Positions 14,779 through 27,755 of a stretch of DNA of 64,000 nt are shown here, piece after piece. The translations under genes were made by a program, and so were the position numbers. How positions within the stretch are numbered: position 1 is the stretch's first letter; each line of letters opens with the position of its first letter. The notes beneath the pieces were generated by a model, which had not been told where the DNA came from, did no database searches, and saw only the letters and a program-made list of their open reading frames with translations. The DNA is from Octopus sinensis (lineage: Eukaryota): contig NC_043006.1 in the NCBI RefSeq assembly GCF_006345805.1, positions 32,240,001 to 32,304,000 on the forward strand, read 5' to 3'.

Positions 14779-15032
14779 CACACCACATACAATACCTATA
14801 TACATGTATATATACACATACATATATATACACATCTACAATTTGTATCTACACTCACATACCTGCACATACACATAACTCTACATACCTACATATACAT
14901 CGACATACTCGCGTACACTCATATATATACACATATATACATATACACACACACATACATATACATATACATATACATACATATATATAAACATACACAT
15001 ACATAATACACATATACACACACATACATATA

Positions 15033-15144
<112 letters not shown>

Positions 15145-15547
15145 CATACATACATACACATATACATACATGTACATATACACATACACACACATATATA
15201 TACACACACATACATATATCACAATTGAGGTAAGTTAATTAGTTATTAATCAATTTCGCCAAGTATTCAGTATGTAAAAGGACCATTATTTTTATGAGTA
15301 AACAATGTCTGAGGGAAAATATTCTATAAGTAGTGGAAGAGGCTAAAAAACTTTTTTGGCTGCTATTTCTAGAAAGTTCAGTATGTGGCAAACTAATTTA
15401 TTTTACTAAGCCCTAATTATATAATATTTTATACATACATACACATACATACACACATACATATACACATACATATGCATACACACATATATACTATATA
15501 CATACATTCATCTATACATATATACACCACACAACACACACACACGC

Positions 15548-15599
<52 letters not shown>

Positions 15600-15797
15600 A
15601 TATCTTTTACATACATACACGCACACACACACATAATACATGCGTATATTCCTACTATACCCATACATTTCTATACATATATACGATACACATATACAAG
15701 CGTGCACATACAATATGTGAAAGGTCTTAGGAGAAAAGGTAATCGGGGGTGCTAGGGGAACGGTGGGATTGGGGGGGGGTTTGTGGGTGGGGTGTCA

Positions 15798-16130
15798 TCA
15801 ATCTGGTTGCCGGGTAGGTCTATAGTTCTTGTAGTTCGCATACTTCTTATGCATACAATTTGGGGAGTGTTCTGAGATTTTGTTAAGGAGATGGCCTTTG
15901 GCGAACAAGATCTCTAGGCTCTCCGATATGCAGAGGTCACAGCAGGTATGGCCTCCTGTGTACGAGCGCGCCTTCTGTAGTAGTTTCCACTTGGTCTTGA
16001 AGGGGATGGAGTTCCTTTTAAGGTACCAGATGTGGGCGGCGAGGGTAGTTTGGTTGGATTTATCCTGTCGCCGGAACGAGTGTGTGTGTGCGTACCAACG
16101 GGTCTTAAAGCTGTTTGACGTCATTCCGAT
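15798..16130 (-). pseudogene. Penelope GIY-YIG endonuclease C-terminal fragment
   Basis: IGMTSNSFKTRWYAHTHSF..TTLAAHIW.LK..CDLCISE..LLNKISE..CMHK; nearly identical to 24153-24423. Confidence 0.9.
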
Positions 16131-16344
16131 GTTTTTTAGCCTCTTCCACTACTTAGAGAATATTTTCCCTCAGACATTGTTTACTCATAAAAATAATGGT
16201 CCTTTTACATACTGAATACTTGGCGAAATTGATTAATAACTAATTAACTTTACCCTCAATTGTTGATATATGTATGTGTGTGTATATATATGTGTGTGTA
16301 TGTGTATATGTACATGTATGTATATGTGTATGTATGTATGTATG

Positions 16345-16405
<61 letters not shown>

Positions 16406-16675
16406 TATATATATATATATATATGCATATATGTATGTGTGTGTATATGTGTATTATGTATGTGTATGTTTATATATATGTATGTATATGTATATGTATG
16501 TGTGTGTGTATATGTATATATGTGTATATATATGAGTGTACGCGAGTATGTCGATGTATATGTAGGTATGTAGAGTTATGTGTATGTGCAGGTATGTGAG
16601 TGTAGATACAAATTGTAGATGTGTATATATATGTATGTGTATATATACATGTATATAGGTATATGTATGTGTGTG

Positions 16676-16724
<49 letters not shown>

Positions 16725-17325
16725 GCGAGTATGTAGAGATATAAGTATGTGCATGTGTATATGTATTGTTGGTGTATATATGTATGGGTATGTGTATGTG
16801 TATGTATGTATGTATATATATATTATGTATGTGTGTGTGTGTATGTATGCATATACGTATGTATGTATGTATGTATGTATATGTGTATGTATATATGTGT
16901 GTAAGTGTGTGTATATATGTAATGTAAGTGTGTGTGCTTGTATGAGAATGTATGTATGTTTTGCACACATGTATATATGTGTGTGTATGTGTATATGTAT
17001 ATGTATATGTGTATATATATATGTATATATATATATATATGTATGTATATGTGTATGTATATATATGTGTATATATGTGTGTGTGTGTATACATGTGTGT
17101 ATGTGTATGTATGTATGTATATATATGCGTGTGTATGTGTATGTGTATATGTACATATACGCGTACGCTCGTGTGTTTATGTATATGTAGGTACGTAGAG
17201 TTATCTATGTGTGTATTTATATGTACATGTGTGTAAGTATGTATATATATGTATATATGTATGTGTATGTGTGTGTGTGTATATATGTATGTATATATGT
17301 ATGTGTATGTGTATGTGTATATATG

Positions 17326-17365
<40 letters not shown>

Positions 17366-17996
17366 TATAATATATTATATATATATATATTAATATATAT
17401 ATATATGTGTGTGTGTGTAAGTTTATATGTATGTATCCGTCTATATAATAGGTAACTGCACGTACATATACTTAATATTTATTATTTATTTTTTGAGTAT
17501 GCATGTACGAATAACTGCGCGTATATATATTTTACTATTTACTTATTTTTTGAGTATGCATGTAAGTATGAATATAAGGAGGCGCGTGTGTGTGTGTGTA
17601 TGTGTAAGCATAGATATATGTATACTTTTACGCATGTGTGTACTTATGTGTATATATGGATGCGCGCGTGTGTGTGTGTGTGTGTATGGGTACGCATGTA
17701 CATGTGTATGTGCGTGTAGTGTATATATATGTATATGTGTGTGTATGCGTATGTGTGTGTATATGTATATATATATATGTATGTGTATTTATATATGTGA
17801 ATATATATATATATATATATAATAATAAATATTAGGGAATATATCCAATTTACAGGGAAAAAAAATCAGATTTAGGATTAAATCCAATTTTATAGTAAAA
17901 TATTATAAATATTATTTGAGACAAAACCACTATTTTGCAAAACAAACAAGGAAAGACTTATCAATACATAAATTTAATAAATAGTCAAAAAAACCG

Positions 17997-18039
17997 CCAC
18001 TACAATCGTTTCTTGTCTTGATCGACAATCTTCAGGTGG
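17997..18039 (-). ncRNA. Type I hammerhead ribozyme (mirror copy)
   Basis: Exact reverse complement of 18089-18131. Confidence 0.8.
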
Positions 18040-18088
18040 ACTTCCAATAATTCAGTTACAAATTATTTGTAACTGAATTATTGGAAGT

Positions 18089-18131
18089 CCACCTGAAGAT
18101 TGTCGATCAAGACAAGAAACGATTGTAGTGG
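18089..18131 (+). ncRNA. Type I hammerhead ribozyme
   Basis: CCAC-CTGAAGA-TTGTC-gatcaa-GACAA-GAAA-C-gatt-GTA-GTGG; intact core, GUA site. Confidence 0.8.
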
Positions 18132-18987
18132 CGGTTTTTTTGACTTTTATTAAATTTTATGTATTGATTAAGTCTTTCCTTGTTTTTTTGCAAAATAGTG
18201 GTTTTGTCTCAAATAATATTATATATATATATATTATATATATATACATGTATGTATATACATGTATGTATTTGTATGTAGGTGTATATGTATGTGGGTG
18301 TATTTATATTATTGGTGTATATATATATAGCCACCTCTAAGAGTGTAGCATGAATCTAGTAGGTACGCGTACGTATGTGTATAATGTGAATGTATGTAGA
18401 TGTATGTATGTATGAATATAACGCGTGCGTGCGTGTATGTGTATGAGTGTACGAATGAGTGAGTGTACGTGCTAAAGAGTGTGCGTGAGTGAATGAGTGC
18501 TTGTTTTCCAGTAGACAGATAAATGGACTGGCTGTCATAGCCAAGATGTTGTGACCGAGCGGCCAAAGATAACAAAAGTAATAAACGAAGATAATAAAAT
18601 TAAAATTAGGGAATGGGTCTGTATTTGTATGTGTATATATATGTGTGTATGTGTAGGTATGCATAGGTACACATATGTATATATCTGACCCTCGTCGTGT
18701 TAACATCGTTGTTTTTCGTCCGCCGCTATAAAGGCTTCTTCCAATGCGCCAGAGAAAAAATTTGTTTGCTTGTTATCAGTCGTAAGACACTTGTTGTTTT
18801 CACCGTTAATGCTTCTGTATTTCATGTTTCTGTATTCCATTATTGTTTTTTGTTTTTTTTTATATCTGTCCCTTTTGCTGTCCTGGTGTTCGTATGCATT
18901 CGATCCTTCTTCCAGGAAATCTACGCTTCCAGCTTAGTTTTTCTAATGCTCGTTGCTTAGTTTTTTCTTGGAGGGCTGGCCGTGATC

Positions 18988-19050
18988 TAGTAATCTCAAG
19001 ATTAATCAGCCGAAATTACTACGATGATCCGGTTCTTGACTGAAGACTGA
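18988..19050 (+). ncRNA. Candidate non-circularly permuted hammerhead ribozyme (family 1)
   Basis: TAGTAAT-C-TCAAGA / TCAG-CC-GAAA-TTACTA / TCTTGA-CTGAAGA-CTGA: 7-bp stem III, 6-bp stem I, 4-bp stem II, with the strands in scrambled order. Confidence 0.7.
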
Positions 19051-19836
19051 GGGTTCGAGTGTCCTGTCCGTGTTTATTGTGTCGTCTTCTAAGAGTTATA
19101 CGTTCTTGTCCATGTTGTATTTTTCTACATACCTTAACATATATTCCAGGCGCCCCGTACCCCCCTATCATTAATGTGAGCACATATTCTTAATAATTGG
19201 GTACGACTCTCTGTTTGTCTCTCTCTCTCTCTCATTTTTACTTGATCTGTCCCCCTCTCTCTCTCTTTTCTCTCTACTCATCCTCTTTTTCTCTTCTCTT
19301 TCCTCTGATTCTTTGGTCTAGTCTTCCACTAACCTCCTATTTCTTTGTCTCGCTCTGCACTCACAGGTCATTCTTCGACACCCCCATCCCTTCTCCTCTC
19401 TGATTCCTTCTTTCTCTCTCTTCTCTCTCTTTGTTGCGTTTGTCCCTCTCTCTCTCTCTCTTCCTTTGCTGCTCTTTCTTTTCTTTTCCTCTTCTCTGTC
19501 ACGTGACTGTTGGCCGAAATCTGCCTTTCAGCTCCTGACCCTCGTCGTGTTACATCGTTTGTTTTTTCGTCCGCCGCTATAAAGGCTTCTTCCAATGCGC
19601 CAGAGAAAAAATTGTTTGCTTGTTATCAATCGTAAGACACTTGTTTTTTTTCACCGTTAATGCTTCTGTATTTCATGTTTCTGTATTCCATTATTGTTTT
19701 TTGTTTTTTTATAATCTGTCCCTTTTGCTGTCCTGGTGTTCGTATGCATTCGATCCTTCTTCCAGGAAATCTACGCTTCCAGCTTAGTTTTTCTAATGCT
19801 CGTTGCTTAGTTTTTCTTGGAGGGCTGGCCGTGATC

Positions 19837-19899
19837 TAGTAATCTCAAGATTAATCAGCCGAAATTACTACGATGATCCGGTTCTTGACTGAAGACTGA
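19837..19899 (+). ncRNA. Candidate permuted hammerhead (family 1, copy 2)
   Basis: Identical to 18988-19050. Confidence 0.7.
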
Positions 19900-20624
19900 G
19901 GGTTCGAGTGTCCTGTCCGTGTTTATTGTGTCGTCTTCTAAGAGTTATACGTTCTTGTCCATGTTGTATTTTTCTACATACCTTAATATTATTATATATA
20001 TATATATACATGTATGTATATGTATGTATGTGTGTGTATATGTGTGTGTATGTGTATATATGTGTATATAGGGACTAGTGTGCTGTGTGTGCTTGTGTGT
20101 GTGTGGATAGTGTGTGTATGCGTGTATGTGAGTATGTGTGGTATGTGTATATATATTTTTCTGTGCGTATATGTATGTGTGGTCGTGTGTGTATATATAC
20201 ATGTGTGTATACGTGTATGCATGTGAGTGTGTGTATGTATACATATATGTGTATGTGTAGATATGTATATGTATGTGTATGTGTAAGTGTATATATGTAT
20301 ATATATGTGTGTGTATGTATGTGTGTATGTATATGTATATATGTTGTATGTGTGTGTATGTATGTTACATGTGTGCATAAGTATAAGTGAGAATCTCCTT
20401 ATTTACCTAAAACTCTATTCCCCTTTTTTTTATATATAGATTTTTTATTTTTTATTTTTTTTATTTTTTATTTGTTTATTTATTCTTCTATCTAATTTAA
20501 CACTGACTCCTTGACCACTCCCCCAAGTATGATATTTTGCGCTATGCCTACCCCCAAAAGTCCCCCACCAACACCCCTTTAAACCTGCCTAAATGTATAA
20601 ATGCCAATACAATTCTTGTTAACT

Positions 20625-20674
20625 AGCTTCCTGAAGATTTCTCTGAATGAAACAGTTCTAGTCCTGTAGAAGCT
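20625..20674 (+). ncRNA. Type I hammerhead ribozyme (inverted pLTR copy)
   Basis: AGCTTC-CTGAAGA..GAAA-CAG..CTG-TA-GAAGCT; mirror of 12505-12555. Confidence 0.75.
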
Positions 20675-20753
20675 CCTTCTATATAATATTAATTTTACTC
20701 TGCTATGTATTGAGTACCTTATTTACTGTGGTTAACCCCGAATCAACCCGGCC

Positions 20754-20839
<86 letters not shown>

Positions 20840-21534
20840 CATACACACACATATATATATATATATAAACATACACCACAGACACACACATACAGGCATA
20901 CTTGTGTTGTGCGTGTGTTTATATGAGTGCCTCTGTGTGTGTGTGTGTGCGTGTGTGTGTTTCTGGGGGCTCAGCTGTGCTTCTCTTTGATCTTTTTATT
21001 AGAGATTTTTCAGCTTTTCTTAGTAGTCCTTTATGCTTAATTAGGGCAATAAAGTTGCTCGGTCGAAAGGGTTTCTAAATCTTGGCATTATCCTCTCTCT
21101 ATGAAGTAGATGTTTGTAATAGTGTTTGGCATTACCTTTTTTCTTGTTAGCAAGCATCAAGGAATAGATGCTATTGATGATATCGCACTCAATGGGTTTC
21201 AAATTCCAACCATTAACTTTGTATTACTTCAAACAATCAGCAACGGTTCTTACTTTCACATCTGTGCGTACAATTTTACTTCTATTTTCGTTTCAATAAG
21301 GCTCGGAATTCATTTGATGATGACCGACATATGGCTTCCTGCTTCTCTGTTTGGTTTTGCGGTGCAGCTACAACACATTATGCGACAGAACCACTAATAC
21401 ACACACACACACATGTAATCCTTTGGGGGGATTACACTGCTGTTCATGACTTAAACTTGTGTTTTGTTAATCAGAGGAACGCTTGATCATTTACTTCGAT
21501 TGTTTTATTATTCTAAGTTTCCTGAGTTACAGAC

Positions 21535-21716
21535 GTAAGCATAACTGTATGGTTAAGAAGCTCGCTTTGTAATCCTGTAGTTTCAGGTTCAGTCCCACAG
21601 CACGGCACCTTGGTTAAGTGTGTAAGTGTTTTTTAGTATAGTATAGTGTGTGTGTATATATATATATACACACACATACACACACGCACACACACACATA
21701 TATGTATGTATGTATG

Positions 21717-21750
<34 letters not shown>

Positions 21751-21930
21751 TGTATGTATAGTACGTGTGTGACTGTATTTGTCACCTTCCCGCACTGACA
21801 ACCGGTGTTGGTTTGTTGACGTCATCATAGCTTAACAGTCCAGCAAAAGCAATCGATCAATTAAACTTTTGTAGCCGGTGCTCCAGTATGGCTGCAGTCT
21901 AGCGACTGAAGCAAGTAAAAAAAATAAATA
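21535..21930 (+). mobile_element. tRNA-derived SINE (family A), decayed
   Basis: Similar to 53505-53920 (GGTTCAGTCCCAC..GGCACCTTGG; GTGCTCCAG.ATGG.GCAGTC). Confidence 0.7.
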
Positions 21931-21944
21931 AGAAAAGGGTTAAT

Positions 21945-22730
21945 ATCTAGATCCGCACCCGGTGGAAAAATGGAAACGCAAATGTGTAACAGTTGTAAGG
22001 CATCGTATATTGACGTAATAAGACGGAAAAAAAGGGCGCTGACGAACGGGGGTGGGGGGAGGGGGGGCGGAAGGGGGGTGGTGGAAAATTCCAGGATCAC
22101 CTGGAATCTAAAATGTGTAACAGTTGTAAGGCATCGTATATTGACGGAATAAGACGTAAAAAAGGGCGCTGACGAACGGGGGTGGGGTGGGGGGGGGTCG
22201 GAAAATTCCCAGGATCAACCGTAGAGGATCCACGCCCAGGTGGCAAAAATGGAAAAAAATATGTGTAAGAGGTGTAAGGCATCGTATATTGAAGGAATAT
22301 GACGAAAAAAAAGCGCGCTGACAAACGGGGGGGGGGAGGGCGCTCGGAAAATTGCTACGATTTAAAGAAAAATTTACCATCAATTTTCACCATTTAAACG
22401 CATTGTTGGCATAAGGGAAGTAACTCTCTAAAAATCTCTATATATAAACGGCAGTTTTTCTGTGTGTCTGTCAGGTTGTACACTCACCCTGACCACGCCT
22501 TTCAACCGATTCTGATGAAACTTGACACACACATAGCCCAATGTCATAATTCAAAACTAACGCAGCGAAAATTTTGAAAGTTCCCCCAGTTCTGAAAAAA
22601 ATCGATAAATTCGACATGGGGTCGAGAATTTCAATTTTTTTGCTATTTTCAATATTTTTCAATATTTTTGCTAAAAATGCTTTATAGTTATTTCCTTACA
22701 AACTCGAGCAACGCCGGGCGATACTGCTAG
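21945..22730 (+). mobile_element. Composite non-autonomous Helitron with three internal subrepeats
   Basis: 3' end CTCGAGCAACGCCGGGCGATACTGCTAG is shared with the 11269 copy. Internal Helitron-type 5' end TCTCTATATATAAAC at 22435. Subrepeats start at ~21980, ~22110 and ~22260. Confidence 0.75.
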
Positions 22731-22989
22731 TCTATATATATATATTTTTTTATTTTACAAACAAAAAGTGAAAACTGAAGTAATGGAATTGAATTTTTGA
22801 AGTTGCGATTGATAATTATTCTGTGACAATCAATAATATTGGGAAAATATAATCTGTACTTACCACATGCGTGGTAGATTTGCTGATTATTTTCAACAAA
22901 TCTACCACGCTTCTATTTCAAATTCTTTAACGTTGTCAGTTGTTACAGCAGCCCACGTGGAAATTGGTCGAACATCTTTATTATTGCCC

Positions 22990-23929
22990 AGGATACAAAT
23001 TCGCAGCTTGCAATAAAAATTCATGAATCCTTTGGGAGCAGGGCGGAAAGCTTGCATGAATTGGTATGTAGCTACATATTGTTTTAAGTAACACGATTTA
23101 ATTCCTGCTCTTATGACGTTTTTTTTTAAGCTCCCCCAAAATCTTTCTATTGTCTGTGTATGTATAGATGGTTTGTTGGATCTATAAAATTCTGGCTGTG
23201 ATTTTATCTTAAAATGCGTGTAGCCTAATGTATCTAACCTATTATATACGGGCCAACAATCACTATATACAGTTGAACCAGTTTAATGTGGCGTCTAATT
23301 AATGGAATTAGTGTGGAAGAATCTCGCCTTAGAATTTCACCACATTCTGATGTCAGGGGTATCAAAAATTTTTCTTGGAATCTCTTTCGATTCCGCCAAT
23401 AGCCAAATAGTTTTCACAAGTCTCCCCTGTTATATTTCCTCCTAACCAAGACTGTCTCATCTATTTCTACTTCTATCCCTGGCCCTCCAATTGGTGTTTG
23501 GGAATTTGCGGCCCAATGAAGACAGACTTCAGAGCAGAAGGACCTCCAATCAACGGACGTAGCAAGCGATATATCTAAATTCTCAATAACTGCTTGGTGC
23601 GACCAATCTTCTGTTAAGAAATGGTTTACATACAAAAGAATTTTCCAGGGGGTTAATCTACTCCGATTCAAAAAGGTGTTCTTAAATATGGAAACAGAAA
23701 AACCACATTCTGTCGCCTTCTGTCTTCTTCTGCGAACCATTTTCCTGCAACGAAATATATGTGTTCCATTTCGTAGAATACACGGTGAATTGCACGTCGG
23801 GCAATTCACATTTCTTGGTATCACCCCATGTTCCCGAAAAAATTCTAATGCTGTTTCATCGTTAAGCCGAAATCTCGAAACCCCGTCATACAGACTCAGC
23901 TCGCACGGAATAACACACGATGCCATCAT
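22990..23929 (-). pseudogene. Merlin (IS1016/IS1595-like, ISXO2 domain) transposase, frameshifted
   Basis: Zn ribbon CPTC..FRC..EC and IGGPGIEVEIDET..RRKYNRG; then, across frameshifts, GGIERDSKK, STLIPLIRRHIK, VYSDCWPVYNRL, IHTQTIERFWGSLKK. One terminus GGAAGTGCCAGC at 24137 with short subterminal repeats. Confidence 0.9.
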
Positions 23930-24152
23930 GCAAATTAAAATGACCAGATTAAGATAAATTCAAATAATATTTCGTTAAAGGGAAGAGTACGTCTAGTCAC
24001 TGCGAATACACAAATTTGAAAGGCTTTTCCACGCTGCCTGCGCACGCAATTAGGGCTGGCACTTCACGCAATTAGGGCTGGCACTTCCGGCAATGTGGTC
24101 ACTCAATGTGGTCAACCGGAAGTTGAGCTGGCACTTCCTATATATATATATA

Positions 24153-25228
24153 TAGGGAGTGTTCTGAGATTTTGTTAAGGAGAGGGCCTTTGGCGAACAA
24201 GATCTCTAGGCTCTCCGATATACAGAGGTCACAGCAGGTATGGCCTCCTGTATACGAGCGCGCCTTCTGTAGTAGTTTCCACTTGGTCTTGAAGGGGATG
24301 GAGTTCCTTTTAAGGTACCAGATGTGGGCGGCGAGGGTAGTTTGGTTGGATTTATCCTGTCGCCGGAACGAGTGTGTGTGTGCGTACCAACGAGTCTTAA
24401 AGCTGTTTGACGTCATTCCTATGTAGGATTTTCTTTTATCGTCAGGGCCTGATCTTACCTCGCATGTATATACTAGGTCCCTCTGTAGGCAGTTGTTGTT
24501 GAGGGGGCAGGTGGTTTTATCAGGGCAGTTGCAATTGCTATCGGACGTTGGATGGGCCTCGGAAAAAGTAGATATGTTAAGTTTTTTCACATTGTTGTAG
24601 GCTAGGTTCCTGGCTAGATTGGGCGTGGTAGAGTAGGAGAGTCTAATAGTGTTCTTATTTAGGATAGTGTAGTACTTATGTTGGGTGGGGAAGTGTTTCT
24701 GTAGGAGAGTGAAGAAGATTTTTGCTACAGGTGTAGCGACCACACGGTTGAAGGGGGGGGGGTTGTACCAGCTAATGTGTCTTCGTCTATTTTTCCTGGG
24801 TTGGCGTGGGGCTATACTAGTATAGGTAATCTTATCTTTGAAGCCACTGCGGGCCAGGGCCTCGTTGTAATAGGGGGGGGCTGCGGCCTTAAAGATATCT
24901 TCCGTGGCGGACAGGCTAGAAATTCTAATTGAGACACTTTTACTAGGTTATCTATATATTTTTTGGGGTGGTTGGAATTAATATCTATAATATTTAAGGG
25001 ATTCATTCGGTTTGTGGTACGGGTAATAAAGTGAGGTTTTTAAGTCGAGGGTGACATCAAGGAAGTTAGCTTTAGTTAAGTTGGATTCTAAGGTAATCCT
25101 AAGGCCTAAGTTTTTAAAGAAGGTGTAAAGATTCTTCCGGAACCCATCCGTGGTCCTGGGGTTTATTTTGTGGAGGGCGAAAAGGCCGTCATCGCGGTAA
25201 AGACCACCGGAGAGGCCTGTGAATAGGG
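24153..25228 (-). pseudogene. Penelope-like RT C-terminus + GIY-YIG endonuclease, truncated at both ends
   Basis: YRDD at 25188-25199, NFLDVTLDL, SNHP, WYNPP, CNC..CPL..C linker, LVY..YIG, CDLC; a few frameshifts at homopolymers. Confidence 0.92.
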
Positions 25229-25244
25229 TTTATATATATATATC

Positions 25245-25604
25245 AGTCGTAAGACACTTGTTGTTGTTTTCACCGTTAATGCTTCTGTATTTCATGTTTC
25301 TGTATTCCATTATTTTTTTGTTTTTTTATATTCGTCCCTTTTGCTGTCCTGGTGTCCGCATGCATTCGATCCTTCTTCCAGGAAATCTACGCTCCCAGCT
25401 TAGTTTTTCTAATGCTCGTTGCTTAGTTTTTCTTGGAGGGCTGGCCGTGATCTATAGTAATCTCAAGATTAATCAGCCGAAATTACTACGATGATCCGGT
25501 TCTTGACTGAAGACTGAGGGTTTCGAATGTCCTGTCCGTGTTTATTGTATCGTCTTCTAAGAGTTATACGTTCTTGTCCATGTTGTATTTTTCTACATAC
25601 CTTA

Positions 25605-25605
<1 letters not shown>
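25245..25605 (+). mobile_element. Third copy of the pLTR-like repeat, with the permuted HHR at 25455-25517
   Basis: High similarity to 18778-19136; flanked by (TA)n; all three predicted stems retained. Confidence 0.8.
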
Positions 25606-25659
<54 letters not shown>

Positions 25660-25802
25660 TAATTGAGTAGTTGAATGAATTATCTTATGTAATTCGTTAA
25701 CCGATACCTGGTAGCAAATTCACGTCAGAAAAACACGGTTGAAGCTACATGCCTAGGGCAGAGATCACGTGCTATCGTGTGGAAATTTGTGTGTTTTTTT
25801 AA

Positions 25803-25883
25803 ATACAAATAAATGAAAGAATGGAGTTGAACAAAGGAATTTTGTTAATTCGTCGTTCAACTCCATTCTTTCATTTATTTGTA
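25803..25883. repeat. Hairpin with ~30-bp perfect arms
   Basis: ATACAAATAAATGAAAGAATGGAGTTGAAC ... GTTCAACTCCATTCTTTCATTTATTTGTAT. Confidence 0.85.
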
Positions 25884-26018
25884 TATATATATATATATAA
25901 TATTATATATATATATAATATATATATATAATATATATATAATTAATATGTTTTTTTGTTAAAATAAAGACATTTTATATTAAATGAAGGATTATTGAAT
26001 ACATTTGACTGAGTACAA

Positions 26019-26090
<72 letters not shown>

Positions 26091-26708
26091 GAGAGAAAGA
26101 GAAACGGAGACAGTCTAAGCAATAAAATGATGGATATACTGAGAAAATTAGATGAATAGATAGATGGATAAACATAGATTGAAACTAACTTCCCTCGCAT
26201 TCATTCTCTCTCTTTTTCCAGTTTTCTTTTTACTCTCTCTTCCTTCTTTCTCTCTTACTCTATCTCACAAGTAACACTCGCACAACAACAACAACACAAA
26301 CATCATCAGCGAGAGCATCCACGTAAAAATGTATTAAATAAAATATATTTGTTTATTTATGTTTGTCATTACATTTACTTTCAAATCTCTCGGACAAAGG
26401 TTTCTCTACATCTGACTCATTTACATATTTTGTACACCTCAGTGAAAGGGCTCTCTCAACCAACAAATGCCTCATTGATAAAATGATACGGAATCCCAAG
26501 CATTGTGCACACGCATGAACACCAATTCAAAGCTACAACTGAGAAGTGGACACTGTGAAATTAGAAGTAAGCAAACCATAAATGCCAGGATTCTTTTATA
26601 TGAAAGATATAATTATTTCACAGAAATCTTAACATTCTATCGAATGGAAGATTGGCTTTTTATCAAATGTGTTATTGTATCTTATCAAATTTGCTTCAAT
26701 TATGGGTG

Positions 26709-26755
<47 letters not shown>

Positions 26756-27312
26756 GTACTCCAACGTTTACACGCTTGTATGTATGTATGTATGTATGTA
26801 TGTATGCATGTGTATATATAGGCATGTGTGTGCGCTTTCGTATACATACACATGGATAGATGGATATATTAAAAGATAAATAGAAAGAATATATATGTGG
26901 ATGTATATCTACAAAAGAGCGGGAAAATTTCTACATACTACCAGGCAAAGCGTGCGATCTCACAGACACTGGGTTATACGCATGCATATATATCTGCATA
27001 TGTTTCTTGTATGTGTAACGTACACACACACACACACACACACACATGTACATAAACACACGCCCCCCACATCACACACACACACCAAGCGGAATTCAAA
27101 TATTCACTTTGTTGAATATATAAACATTAAGGTTACGACTTTTTGATCCGTGGCATGATACGTGAATATATAATTAGGAGAAACCATCTTCATCACTGTT
27201 CATATGAACATGTATATATATATATACACACACACACACTTATATATATTTATATTTATATATATATATGCATATATATATATGTATATATATATATATA
27301 ATATATATATAG

Positions 27313-27403
<91 letters not shown>

Positions 27404-27464
27404 CTTATATATATATGCATATATACATATAATATATATATATACATAATATGTATATCTATCA

Positions 27465-27568
<104 letters not shown>

Positions 27569-27598
27569 TATATGTATATATATATATATAATATATAT

Positions 27599-27653
<55 letters not shown>

Positions 27654-27717
27654 GTGTGTGTGTGTGTTCAGCCGTGCTTTTCTGTGACTTTTTCCTTCTC
27701 CGGACCTTTCCTCTCTC

Positions 27718-27755
27718 CCTTTCTGACGAAGAGCCATGCTCGAAACGTAAAAAAA
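27718..27755 (+). ncRNA. Minimal hammerhead ribozyme (GAGC/GCTC family)
   Basis: TTT-CTGACGA-A-GAGC-cat-GCTC-GAAA-C-GTA-AAA; weak stem I; related copies at ~46625-46660 (-) and 58158-58192 (-). Confidence 0.65.

Larger units (their letters stand above)
17821..18222. mobile_element. Palindromic HHR-bearing pLTR-like insert in a (TA)n tract
   Basis: Inverted repeat centred on 18064 with ~155-bp paired arms; absent from the corresponding (TA)n of the left arm (~13605-13657). Confidence 0.8.
18685..19985 (+). mobile_element. Partial-tandem pLTR-like element inserted in (TA)n (direct repeats 18685-19136 and 19535-19985)
   Basis: ~450-bp near-identical direct repeats with an ~850-bp period; absent from the mirror arm; further copies at 25245-25605 and, diverged, at 46748-46890. 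Confidence 0.8.

Noticed and set aside
21980-22340. CRISPR-like repeat/spacer array
   Set aside because: Long degenerate subrepeats within a eukaryotic Helitron; no cas genes.
25728-25800. HHR-like layout AAAAACAC..TTGAAGC..GAAA..GTGTTTTT
   Set aside because: Several core mismatches; cannot be supported.
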